Shown here one piece after another: positions 48,256-57,813 of a stretch of DNA of 64,000 bases. Position numbers and translations under genes: made by a program. Source of the DNA: Promethearchaeia archaeon (GTDB lineage Archaea; Asgardarchaeota; Lokiarchaeia; Sigyniarchaeales; SOKP01); the NCBI GenBank assembly GCA_029856125.1, contig JAHQWJ010000014.1:32001-96000 (forward strand), given 5' to 3'. Position 1 is the first letter of the stretch; each line of letters opens with the position of its first letter. The notes beneath the pieces are model-generated. The model worked only from the letters and a program-made list of their open reading frames with translations. It did not search any database and was not told the DNA's origin.

Positions 48256-49059
48256 CTATAAATCAAATAGTTCTAGTTTGAGTTTCTTTAATTTATCGTA
48301 AAGCCTTCCGATTGATTGAATCGCTCCTGATTTATCATTATGATCTAAAGGTGAAGTACCCTTTAAATCTGCTTTTCCGATTTCATGATCAAAAGGAATA
48401 AAATGATATAGCGGGATTTCCCAGTTTTTAATTCTCTCGTTAATTGTAGCTAATTGAGAATCGTCAAACACTTTATTGGCAATAAGAAATATGTTGACAA
48501 CTCCTAACTTTTTGGAAAGGTCGATTATTTTATTACATAGGTCCAATGATTTTTGAGAGGGTTCGGTAACTACGAGCATAACATCGATTCCTTTAGCAGT
48601 TCCGCGACCTAAATGCTCCAGTCCCGCTTCGAAATCAACAACAATTACTTCATTTCTTTTTACAAGCAAATTAAATAGCAAGGTTCTGATGAGCGCGTTT
48701 TCTGGACATAAACATCCTGATGCTGGTTCTTCGATACCCCCTAAAACTAGAAGCTGTAAGTTGTCTGGACCAGTAACTTTAAATCTGTCTGGAATGTCCG
48801 CTACTTCAGGGTTAATGTTATAAACACCGGCGCCAGCTCCCTTCACAGACGTCCGTTCTTCAATCATAGCCGTCATTTCAGAAATTGGGACAATCTTCGA
48901 TTTTACTTCGTCTTCGATCCCTAGAGTGTAACTTAAATTCATTGCCGAGTCGTTGTCTATCGCTAAAACATCAAATCCATCTTTAGCAAAAAGTCGAGCA
49001 ATCGTTCCAGCGACTAATGTTTTCCCAACCCCGCCCTTTCCAGATATTGCGATTTTTAT
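48256..49059 (-). CDS. cooC: CooC/AcsF-type nickel-insertion ATPase
   Basis: The frame upstream of the track start reads (ATA)KIAISGKGGVGKT...VLAIDND; then SGCLCPEN, DFEAGLEHLGRG, ANK. Confidence 0.9.
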   Translation of the reverse strand: MKIAISGKGGVGKTLVAGTIARLFAKDGFDVLAIDNDSAMNLSYTLGIEDEVKSKIVPISEMTAMIEERTSVKGAGAGVYNINPEVADIPDRFKVTGPDNLQLLVLGGIEEPASGCLCPENALIRTLLFNLLVKRNEVIVVDFEAGLEHLGRGTAKGIDVMLVVTEPSQKSLDLCNKIIDLSKKLGVVNIFLIANKVFDDSQLATINERIKNWEIPLYHFIPFDHEIGKADLKGTSPLDHNDKSGAIQSIGRLYDKLKKLKLELFDL

Positions 49060-49228
49060 TATTTTTCCCCTTCTAATAATTGTGAACTTATTGTACTAAT
49101 TTGGTTATACTTATAAAAGCTTGAGATTTAATTCTGTAAATGTCTAATAAGAATAGTTTAACATTAATAAGAAATTTTACAAATAATTAATATATTATTA
49201 GCACGGAAGGTTAAAGGCGTTATTATGG

Positions 49229-49489
49229 CTAACAAGTTTTACCCATCGATTGCATTCTTTTTGAGATTCTCATCATCTCATTGAAAATTTTAGAGTTTTC
49301 TTTCGAATCTTTACATATAATTAATTTATCATTCAGATTCTTAATTTTCATGGTTAATTCTGTGAATTCTTTGGGAGGATTGATCTGATAATGGTAAATT
49401 AAAGTTCCATTATCGTTGCACTCGATGAATACCCATTGTTGGTCTTTTTGAGACCAGTTCCATCTATTCTGACTTAACTTTCGTGTCAT
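49229..49489 (-). CDS. Hypothetical protein
   Basis: 86-aa ORF filling the gap; no recognised motif. Confidence 0.6.
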   Translation of the reverse strand: MTRKLSQNRWNWSQKDQQWVFIECNDNGTLIYHYQINPPKEFTELTMKIKNLNDKLIICKDSKENSKIFNEMMRISKRMQSMGKTC

Positions 49490-49626
49490 ATCGAATAAAC
49501 TTTCATGAATTAATTAATGCTGAGAAATGAAAATGCAAAGCTTAAACCTGTGTATTATTTATTGTTTTATTCGAACTGCTATTTATTTTTTTTAGAAATA
49601 ACATATTAACGAGGAAATATGACATT

Positions 49627-51096
49627 TTAAGATTGCTTTATTTCCGAAAGCATGCTAATTGCAGCTTCTCGAACATCGATATCCTTATCCTCTAGCAACT
49701 TCTTTAATAATGGGATTGTGTCAGCTTCGTTAAAGTTCCGAAATGCTTTAATAAGATACAGTTTTACGATCCAGTCATCGTCATTAATTATATCTTTTAA
49801 TACTTCGAAGACGCGATTGCCTTTAATAACGCTTAATACTTTTATAGCGTATGTTCTGAAATCCCTTATTTCACTATTTAAATCGTCGATTAATTGGTTA
49901 ACAACTGTAGTTTTATCATCTTCGCTTAAAAGTCTATACATTTTAAAGAAAAGATTGGGAGGTAAGTCCTCATAAACAATTCTTTTAGAAGAGCTTTCGA
50001 ACTCTATGTTCTCACCCTTTTGATCTTCTTGTACTTTTAATTCGACGATTAAATCACTTAGTTGTTTGTTAGCATTCTCAATCTTCTGTAATGTAAGAGT
50101 TACTTTGTTTAATTCTTCGTCCCTTTCTAAAATTTTATCCTGCAAATCACTGATTTTTTGATCTTCAAAAGTAGCTTTTTCTCCTAATTCTTTTTCCATT
50201 TCGATATTTCTTTGTTTTAAATTCTCTATCGTAGAACTATTAGTTTTAACGAGGCTTTTCAAATAGTTATTCTCATCTTCTACTTCAAATAAGATTTTAT
50301 CTAAATTTTCAACCTCATTGCTATCTCTATTGTCTTTAGGTAAATTTTCTTGAAGTTTTATTATTTCTTCTAATTTTTGTTGCATATAATTTACCTTTTC
50401 GTGATATTGATCGTTATCGTACGTTAATTGGTCTACCATTTTATTTGTTTCAATTAACTCGCGTGAGAATTGATTTTTTAAAGCTTTGGTCTCTTGATTT
50501 TGCTTCTTTTGAATTTCTATCTCTTGTTTCAATGTTTCAATTTGAACGCGATGGATACCATTTTCTTCAGTAAATTTGATTATTAGCTTTTTAGCGTCTA
50601 ATAAATCTGAGTTTTCCTCGTCTGGAGCTTCTTTATAATCATTTGAATCTAATTCTTTCTGGAGATTTGTCAATGCTTTATTTAGTTCTTCAACTTCTAT
50701 ACGAAAATTTTCGTTTTCTTCTGTTAATTGGACAATTTCTTTATTAGCATAGATTAATTCTTCGTTTTCCTCTTCAAATTTTTGAACTTTTTCTAATTCC
50801 ACAGTAATTTCTGCAATCGTGTGTTGAAGAATTTCGACATCTTTATCTTTTTTTATAATGTCTTGTCTTTGTTGCGTGACCAATTCTTTTAGCACAGAAA
50901 CATCTTTGGGTATATTATCGCTTTGAATATTAGAAAGCTTTGATTTTTGGTCTTCAATTATTCTTCTCTGTTCATCGATAGTAAAGTTTAACCGTTGGAC
51001 ATCTTCTTTAAGACCTCTAATCGTTATTTCTAAGTCAGATTGAGCTTTATTAGCCGAATCGACCGAATCAATAAAATCCTTTAGTTCTTTACTCAT
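49627..51096 (-). CDS. Long coiled-coil protein with C-terminal HEAT repeats
   Basis: About 360 aa rich in E/K/Q/L heptads, then R..AI..L, D.DW.VK and D.D.DVREAAI. Confidence 0.8.
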   Translation of the reverse strand: MSKELKDFIDSVDSANKAQSDLEITIRGLKEDVQRLNFTIDEQRRIIEDQKSKLSNIQSDNIPKDVSVLKELVTQQRQDIIKKDKDVEILQHTIAEITVELEKVQKFEEENEELIYANKEIVQLTEENENFRIEVEELNKALTNLQKELDSNDYKEAPDEENSDLLDAKKLIIKFTEENGIHRVQIETLKQEIEIQKKQNQETKALKNQFSRELIETNKMVDQLTYDNDQYHEKVNYMQQKLEEIIKLQENLPKDNRDSNEVENLDKILFEVEDENNYLKSLVKTNSSTIENLKQRNIEMEKELGEKATFEDQKISDLQDKILERDEELNKVTLTLQKIENANKQLSDLIVELKVQEDQKGENIEFESSSKRIVYEDLPPNLFFKMYRLLSEDDKTTVVNQLIDDLNSEIRDFRTYAIKVLSVIKGNRVFEVLKDIINDDDWIVKLYLIKAFRNFNEADTIPLLKKLLEDKDIDVREAAISMLSEIKQS

Positions 51097-51265
51097 TTTA
51101 ACCGCAATTTATTGTTCTAATTTGAATTATTAATAAGGGCATTAGCTAATAAATTTACTGATCGTAAATTTTAAAACACATTCAAGATTTGTATTTTAAA
51201 TAATACTCTACTATTTAACAACGATAATTAAAATTATATAAGCGTTCAAAAAGGAGGTTTGTTAT

Positions 51266-51421
51266 ATGGGAGATGGAAATTTGTCTAATGTGTGTAAAGA
51301 CAAAGAAGAACAAGATGAGATTAACGATTACGATGATGACGATGATGACGATGACGATCTCTACGATGATGACGAAGATGTTGATGACTACAACGACGGA
51401 GAATGGGATGAAGAGGATTAG
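51266..51421 (+). CDS. 51-aa hyperacidic microprotein
   Basis: AGGAGGT at 51252-58 and ATG at 51266; MGDGNLSNVCKDKEEQDEINDYDDDDDDDDDLYDDDEDVDDYNDGEWDEED*. Confidence 0.75.
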   Translation: MGDGNLSNVCKDKEEQDEINDYDDDDDDDDDLYDDDEDVDDYNDGEWDEED

Positions 51422-51473
51422 TAAAATAAAAAATAAATAAAAAAGCCTGTTAGTTTCAGCTTACTTCTTAAGT

Positions 51474-51950
51474 TTATACAATCTCAATTACTTTTATTTT
51501 ATCTCCTTGTTCAATCTTGTTAACTACGTCTTGATCTCCAGAACTTACTACTTCTCCAAAGATCGTGTGCTTGTTGTTTAAGTGAGGAGTAGGGATGTGA
51601 GTTATGAAAAATTGCGAACCATTCGTACGAGGTCCAGCATTTGCCATCGCTAAAATACCTGCTTTATTGAAAACTTTTCCCGATTGAAATTCGTCTGCGT
51701 AAGGATAAGACACGTCTTTTCCTTGGAAGGGGAAAGATTTTACACCTACTGCGCCCGGACCACCAGTACCGTTTCCAAGAGGATCGCCCCCTTGAATCAT
51801 AAAATTAGCGATTACTCGATGAAATTTTATTCCGTTATAGAAACCTTTATTTACTAAAAACAAGAAACTTGAAACAGTCATGGGAGCATCCTCGTCGAAT
51901 AAGGTAATATTAATATCTCCTTTAGTTGTTATCATTTTTACAATTGTCAT
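51474..51950 (-). CDS. Cyclophilin-type peptidyl-prolyl isomerase
   Basis: [39 protein letters not shown]. Confidence 0.96.
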   Translation of the reverse strand: MTIVKMITTKGDINITLFDEDAPMTVSSFLFLVNKGFYNGIKFHRVIANFMIQGGDPLGNGTGGPGAVGVKSFPFQGKDVSYPYADEFQSGKVFNKAGILAMANAGPRTNGSQFFITHIPTPHLNNKHTIFGEVVSSGDQDVVNKIEQGDKIKVIEIV

Positions 51951-52137
51951 AATACTTGTCTAATGTGGTATTGTAAAAAAGTATTTTTTTTTTATTTTAA
52001 AAAATTTACATTAATATATTTCAACTATTTACTCCAAAATCCAATTTCAAATCATCGCTACAAAATCTAAAAGCTTTTAATTTATTTCAAACAGTTACTC
52101 TAGAATACATTATAAGTTCAAAAACTCCCCAATTACT

Positions 52138-54303
52138 ATGGTAGAAAATAACGATATTTCTTATTTCTTTGATCCTAAAAGCATTGCAATCATAGGTGCG
52201 AGCTCAAAACCTGGAAAAGTAGGATATAATGTATTAAGAAATATCGTTGAATCAAAGTATCAGGGCAAATTATTTCCTATCAATCCGAAAGCAGAAGAAA
52301 TCCTTGGATACAAGTCATATAAAAGCGTCCTTGATGTTCCAGAAAAAATTGAGATAGCCATATTTGTAGTTCCCAGTGAGATCGTTAATCCTATAGCAGA
52401 AGAGTGTGGAAAGAAAAGGATAAAGGGGTTAATTATTATTACTGCAGGGTTCAAAGAAATCGGTGGACTGGGAATTACTCGAGAACAAGAATTAGTGCAA
52501 ATTGCTAAGAAATATGATATGAGAGTCATTGGGCCCAATTGTTTAGGTTTGATAGGTTTAAACTATAATGGCTCTTTTGCTGCTAATACTCCTAAAAATG
52601 GGGGAATAGCCATGATTTCTCAGTCGGGTGCCATGTTAACGGGAATGATGGATTTTTCTATGGATCAAGCATTCGGATTTTCATGTAATATAAGCTTGGG
52701 TAATAAAGCGGATATGGACGAAGTTGATTTTATTGAATACCTTGCTAACGATCCAAATACAAAAGTAATTCTGTGCTATTTAGAAAGCATTGAGGACGGA
52801 GAAAAATTTCTTCGAGTTGTTCCTGAAGCTGCATATAAAAAACCGATAATTATTTTAAAATCAGGAGTTAGTGCAGCAGGTGCTCGAGCTGCTTCAAGCC
52901 ATACTGGAGCTTTGGCAGGATTAGACATCGCTTACGATTTAGCTTTCAAAAAGTGTGGAATATTAAGAGCAATCTCAATTGCAGATCTTTTTGATTATGG
53001 AGAAATCTTTTTATATCAACCTATACCAAAAAAAAATTCCTTTGCTATTGTCACTAACGCTGGGGGCCCAGGAATTGTAGCAGTTGATTCATTTGAGAGA
53101 GAAGGATTAAAATTTGCTCAGTTTTCCGAACCAGTTTTACATTTGTTAAGAGAGAATTTACCCGCTGAGGCTGCAATATTTAATCCAATAGATATAATTG
53201 GTGATGCATCACCTAAACGTTATGAATTTACTATTAAAACAATTTTTGGATTAAACGAAAGAGCCCAAGGCTATATCGAAGAAGATGATATTACGACCTA
53301 TGGTGCTCTAATTATTATGAGCCCCCAAGCTCAAACTAAACCAGCTGATGTTGCTAAACTAATTTATGAAATAGTTTCGAAATCTTTATCTGATAAACCG
53401 ATTGTGTGTGCACTCATAGGTGGAGTCTCTATGGCGGAAGCTACCAAATATTTAAAACAGCACCATATACCCTGTTATCGATTTCCCGAAAGTGGGGCTA
53501 AATCGCTTAAAGCTATGGTAACATATAATGACTTTCTAAATAGGCAAAGTGTAAAAGATTTAGATGTAGCAAAATTTAAAGTAGATAAAGAAAAGGTAGC
53601 AGAAATATTCAAAAAAGTCAGAGCTGATGAGAGAACAGTTTTGTTAAGCCATGAAACGAGTGAAATTTTCGATATTTATGGAATTATCTCACCGAAATCA
53701 AAATTAGCAGCAACACCAGCAGAAGCGCGAAAATTGCAAAATGAAATAGGAAAATCTGTTTTAAAAATAGTTAGCCCAAATATTATACATAAAACTGATG
53801 TAGGGGGAATAATCTTAAATATTGAAACCGAACAAGAAGCTTTCGAAGCGTATGTACAAATCATTGAAAATGCTAAGAAATATGGACCCCAAAACGCGCG
53901 TATTTATGGAGTAGAGGTCCAAGAAATGATAGATTTTAAAGAAGAACTAAAAGTGAATGAAATTATTATCGGAATGTCTAGAGATCCACAATTTGGACCT
54001 CTATTGATGTTTGGGACAGGAGGAATCTATGCTAATTTCATGAAAGACGTATCTTTTGCGTTGTCATATAAGTTCACTAAGGAAAGTGCTAAGGATTTAA
54101 TCGAAAACACTAAAATCTATAATTTACTACAAGGAGTTAGGGGAGAACCCGCTTCTGATATTAATGCGATAATAGAAGTTTTGTTAAGACTATCCCAACT
54201 TGTAAACGAATTTCCAGAGATTGTGGAACTAGATATCAATCCCCTGCTTTCATTTGTTAAAGGGTATAGTGCAGTTGACATTAAAATTACGATTTCACGT
54301 TAA
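52138..54303 (+). CDS. ADP-forming acetate/acyl-CoA ligase, fused alpha-beta
   Basis: AIIGAS, GPNCLG, SQSGA, SHTGALAG (phospho-His), NPIDI.GDA, HKTDVGG, ELDINP. Confidence 0.92.
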   Translation: MVENNDISYFFDPKSIAIIGASSKPGKVGYNVLRNIVESKYQGKLFPINPKAEEILGYKSYKSVLDVPEKIEIAIFVVPSEIVNPIAEECGKKRIKGLIIITAGFKEIGGLGITREQELVQIAKKYDMRVIGPNCLGLIGLNYNGSFAANTPKNGGIAMISQSGAMLTGMMDFSMDQAFGFSCNISLGNKADMDEVDFIEYLANDPNTKVILCYLESIEDGEKFLRVVPEAAYKKPIIILKSGVSAAGARAASSHTGALAGLDIAYDLAFKKCGILRAISIADLFDYGEIFLYQPIPKKNSFAIVTNAGGPGIVAVDSFEREGLKFAQFSEPVLHLLRENLPAEAAIFNPIDIIGDASPKRYEFTIKTIFGLNERAQGYIEEDDITTYGALIIMSPQAQTKPADVAKLIYEIVSKSLSDKPIVCALIGGVSMAEATKYLKQHHIPCYRFPESGAKSLKAMVTYNDFLNRQSVKDLDVAKFKVDKEKVAEIFKKVRADERTVLLSHETSEIFDIYGIISPKSKLAATPAEARKLQNEIGKSVLKIVSPNIIHKTDVGGIILNIETEQEAFEAYVQIIENAKKYGPQNARIYGVEVQEMIDFKEELKVNEIIIGMSRDPQFGPLLMFGTGGIYANFMKDVSFALSYKFTKESAKDLIENTKIYNLLQGVRGEPASDINAIIEVLLRLSQLVNEFPEIVELDINPLLSFVKGYSAVDIKITISR

Positions 54304-54345
54304 ATTACATTATAATAATACTAATAAAAAAAAAATTAAAAAGAA

Positions 54346-55419
54346 GTGAAGAAAGTGGTAAAAGCATTTTATTTGTGCTCTTTAACAGAAAGAGCGGGAA
54401 AGAGCTTTCTTTCCATTGGTTTTATTCAAAAATTACAAAAAGAAGGGAAAAGATTTGCGTACTTTAAACCGATTGGGTGCCCACGAGGGGCTTATAGTTC
54501 TAAGGCAGACAAAGATATTGAATTCATTTTACAAAATGTCTATAAAGATCGAAGCCCTTACGATTTAGTTTGTCCCGTTTCTATTCCTGATTCATATTAC
54601 ATTGACTTAATTGATTCAAGTAAAAAAACAGAGTATTTAGAAAAGATAAAGTCGGCGTACGACAAAATCGTTAAGGATGTTGATTACGTAATTATAGAAG
54701 GAGCGCCTTCAATTCGTAAATTTGTGAGAGTGGGAATCGATGACGTTAGCATCGCAAAAGCTTTAGGTATCACTGACTTAATCTATGTCTCTCCCGAATC
54801 CTCAGATGATTGCATTGATAATATATTTTTTACGAAAAATTACTTTGAATTCAGGAACGTTAGGATATCTGGAGTTATTTTTAATAAAATAGACCTAGAA
54901 TACATAGCAAGAATCAAAGAGCTTCAAAAAGACCATATTATTCAGTATAACTTACCGGTATTAGGTATAATAGAAAGGAGCATTGCATTATTTTCTCCCC
55001 GTGTGAACGAAGTGATGGAGGCAATAGGAGGAGAATTCATCAACGAAATAGCGTCAACAGGCTTAAATAATACTGTCGAGACTTTTATCATCGGAGCTAT
55101 GAATGCCCAAGCTGCTCTTAAATATTTAAGACAAGTTAAAAAAGCGGCTGTAATCACAGGCGGAGATCGCGCAGATCTTGCGTTAGCAGCGTTAAACGAG
55201 GATGTATCGATGCTTATTTTAACTGGTTTTATACAACCCGATGCGAAAGTGATTGCTGTAGCAAATGATAAAAATATTCCTATAATTCTAAGCCCTTCTG
55301 ACACTTATACAACGATGAGAAATCTTGAGAAATTAAAGCCAGGAATTCAGGAAGATGAAATTCAAATAGTTTTAGATTTAATGGAAAGCGAAATCGACTG
55401 GGATTTTTTACTAAAATAA
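54346..55419 (+). CDS. Pta N-terminal-like protein (BioD-like P-loop plus DRTGG domain)
   Basis: AGKS, YFKPIG, IIEG, ITGGDRAD, LILTG. Confidence 0.85.
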   Translation: MKKVVKAFYLCSLTERAGKSFLSIGFIQKLQKEGKRFAYFKPIGCPRGAYSSKADKDIEFILQNVYKDRSPYDLVCPVSIPDSYYIDLIDSSKKTEYLEKIKSAYDKIVKDVDYVIIEGAPSIRKFVRVGIDDVSIAKALGITDLIYVSPESSDDCIDNIFFTKNYFEFRNVRISGVIFNKIDLEYIARIKELQKDHIIQYNLPVLGIIERSIALFSPRVNEVMEAIGGEFINEIASTGLNNTVETFIIGAMNAQAALKYLRQVKKAAVITGGDRADLALAALNEDVSMLILTGFIQPDAKVIAVANDKNIPIILSPSDTYTTMRNLEKLKPGIQEDEIQIVLDLMESEIDWDFLLK

Positions 55420-55456
55420 AAAAAAGAAAAAGATTTAAATATAGATTTAAGATCCG

Positions 55457-55741
55457 TTATAAAGAGCTAAGAATCGCACCAAGTCCTAAAAGAATTAACA
55501 GAACTGCTAACAATGGTAGTATAAAAAGAATAAATACTATACCGAGAATTCCTAAAATAAGACCCGCAATTGCCATTCCCTTACTTTCATCAGCAATAAT
55601 CCCGATAATTCCAAAAACGATGGCCGCTCCTGGTACGTAGTAAATACCATAAGGGAGAGTCGCTAACAAAATCCATGCAAAGAAACCTAATATCCCACAA
55701 ATTAAAGCAATAATCCCAAAAACTTTTCCCATATTATTCAC
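55457..55741 (-). CDS. Small membrane protein (DUF4190-like)
   Basis: AIVFGIIG...KGMAIAGLILG. Confidence 0.6.
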   Translation of the reverse strand: MNNMGKVFGIIALICGILGFFAWILLATLPYGIYYVPGAAIVFGIIGIIADESKGMAIAGLILGILGIVFILFILPLLAVLLILLGLGAILSSL

Positions 55742-55862
55742 TAAATTTAGTTTTATTAATTTCTATTTAGAGTTTATTGATCTTTAATGAGTGTAAGATC
55801 TATAAAAATCTTAGTATAAAAAAAAGGTTGAAATTGTTAAATTTTAGCTTAAATCTATAAAT

Positions 55863-56555
55863 TTACTGTTCTGATCCACAACTTGGGCAAAATTTTGCTT
55901 CAAACGACATTTTTGTACCACAGTGTGCGCAAAATTGCGGTCTTGAACTATACGCATCTTCTTGTTTTTGGACACTTGTGAGTTCCTTCATTACTTCTGG
56001 AGATTTGATTGATGACTTAACCGAACTAGAAAAATTTTCTTTAATCCTAGAAACATCTTCAACAAGTTGTACAGCACTTTTTCTTTTTTTCGAAAAGCTA
56101 TTAGTTAATACCCAAAAGATAATCATAGCTGGTAGAAGAAATATTATAAAAATTATTGAAAAGATCATGGTGAAAATTGAACCAAACATACCCATATACC
56201 CATAATCTACGGTAAAAATACCTAAAGAATATAAAATTGCTACAACAAACCCAATTGTAACTAAAATAGCAGAAACTAACGATACATAATACATCCAATC
56301 ATTTGACCCTTCTAACATGTTTTCTTCTGTGTTTCTCGATTGGTTAATAACGTAGTTGATCCTTACTTTATTTCCTGTAGTTGTAGATCCAATTACAACA
56401 ATTTTATCTGACGGGCTTAGAGCTGGTCTTTTTTTTGTTGAAAAACAATAATGTAAGTTATTTTGCGAGTCTTCTAACATAAAAGATAAATTACCCGAAT
56501 ACGATTTTGTGAAACTTTTAACTATTCCTTCCAAAACAATTGTCTGTTCAGACAT
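55863..56555 (-). CDS. 2-TM protein with a C-terminal zinc ribbon
   Basis: FCAHCG...AKFCPSCG. Confidence 0.75.
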   Translation of the reverse strand: MSEQTIVLEGIVKSFTKSYSGNLSFMLEDSQNNLHYCFSTKKRPALSPSDKIVVIGSTTTGNKVRINYVINQSRNTEENMLEGSNDWMYYVSLVSAILVTIGFVVAILYSLGIFTVDYGYMGMFGSIFTMIFSIIFIIFLLPAMIIFWVLTNSFSKKRKSAVQLVEDVSRIKENFSSSVKSSIKSPEVMKELTSVQKQEDAYSSRPQFCAHCGTKMSFEAKFCPSCGSEQ

Positions 56556-56693
56556 TTTCCTTAATCAACTCGAGATTAATATTGAATAAAAGTAAATTAA
56601 TATTTCGTATGGTCTTCATTTATAAGAAATCTTAACTGATATTTAATTTTTACAACTTAAAGTAAGATGTGTTGGAGTAATCATTGTGGATTC

Positions 56694-57269
56694 TTAACTC
56701 TTCCTCTCTCGAAAACCATGTTCGTATAATTTATCTCTAATATTTTTCATTCCGGGACAATCGTCCCAATTTCCTTGATAGTCACATTTACTACAATCCT
56801 TTTTAATGCGGTTTGCTCGAATATAGGCTATTGCTCCAACTAAAAAATTAATTTCTAACAATGTAAGAATTTTTACGATTAATGGGAAAGGTAGCAGAAA
56901 TACGGAAACGAGATGTAATCCTACTCCTATTCCGTTAGAGGCTTTAGAGAATATCTTTAAGAATCGGTACTTGGTTAAACCTATAACACTGAGAATTATA
57001 GGTATAAAAAAGATAAAAGAAATGAGATACATAATGATCAAATTATATATATTTGGTTCTACAAACAATAATGTAAGAATTATAGTGATTATTATCACGG
57101 GGTAGAATGTAAAGCAACCAATACAAAGGCTTCGTTTTCCTACGTGATACACATGGGCTGAGAATTTGTCGCAATTTGGATGGTGGGATAACATCATCGG
57201 TTTAAAATCTGATAAAAGCAAACGGAAACGAGAAAATTTCAACCTTATCTTTTCAAAAAACTCCACCAT
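56694..57269 (-). CDS. Membrane protein with Cys/His motifs (DUF2085-like)
   Basis: SHHP.C, LCIGC, 4 TM, C..C...W..CPG. Confidence 0.6.
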   Translation of the reverse strand: MVEFFEKIRLKFSRFRLLLSDFKPMMLSHHPNCDKFSAHVYHVGKRSLCIGCFTFYPVIIITIILTLLFVEPNIYNLIIMYLISFIFFIPIILSVIGLTKYRFLKIFSKASNGIGVGLHLVSVFLLPFPLIVKILTLLEINFLVGAIAYIRANRIKKDCSKCDYQGNWDDCPGMKNIRDKLYEHGFRERKS

Positions 57270-57370
57270 AGTTTGTAAAGTATCCTCAATATTTTTTCAG
57301 AAAATAAAATTACTTGAATCCAATCAAAATAAAAAAAAAAAAAATAGATTTTTATAAATAATATTCTAAT

Positions 57371-57583
57371 TTAATCTCTAACTACTAAATAGACGATGCA
57401 GCCTATACATCCTGTCAGCAAAACAATTAATAACCAGACCGCTGCATTCATGTCTCTCTTCTTAGCGTCCTTATATACCCAAATTGCGATAATTACCGCA
57501 ATAATATAAAAAACCGCAACAAGTATTAATGGTAAGAGCAGTAAAAATCCTAATGCCCCAAAATCCGGAATTGTAAATAACAT
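57371..57583 (-). CDS. Small membrane protein (PLDc_N-like)
   Basis: WVYKDA.KR....W.LIVL...IG..VYL..R. Confidence 0.7.
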   Translation of the reverse strand: MLFTIPDFGALGFLLLLPLILVAVFYIIAVIIAIWVYKDAKKRDMNAAVWLLIVLLTGCIGCIVYLVVRD

Positions 57584-57813
57584 TTTTTTCTGCCTCAGTT
57601 TTGTTTTTTAATACAAATTTTTAAAATTTGTTGTTAATAACATAGTTATTGTGTTATTTAAAGATCTTTATTTCCCAGCAATAACCCATTATTAAACTAA
57701 TTACAATTCTTGAGTTAATAGCAATTATTGCACGTAATTTCTCTTTGATAATATTTTTTTTTAGATTTACCAAAAAAAACTTAAGTATAGAGATGTAATT
57801 AAAGAACAATAAT

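Noticed and set aside
51322-51400. GAT/GAC run read as a microsatellite or CRISPR-like repeat
   Set aside because: It is explained as a poly-Asp coding tract with SD, start and stop; there is no repeat-spacer structure.
52138-55419. The acyl-CoA synthetase plus DRTGG pair as a novelty
   Set aside because: This gene pairing is already known in archaea.
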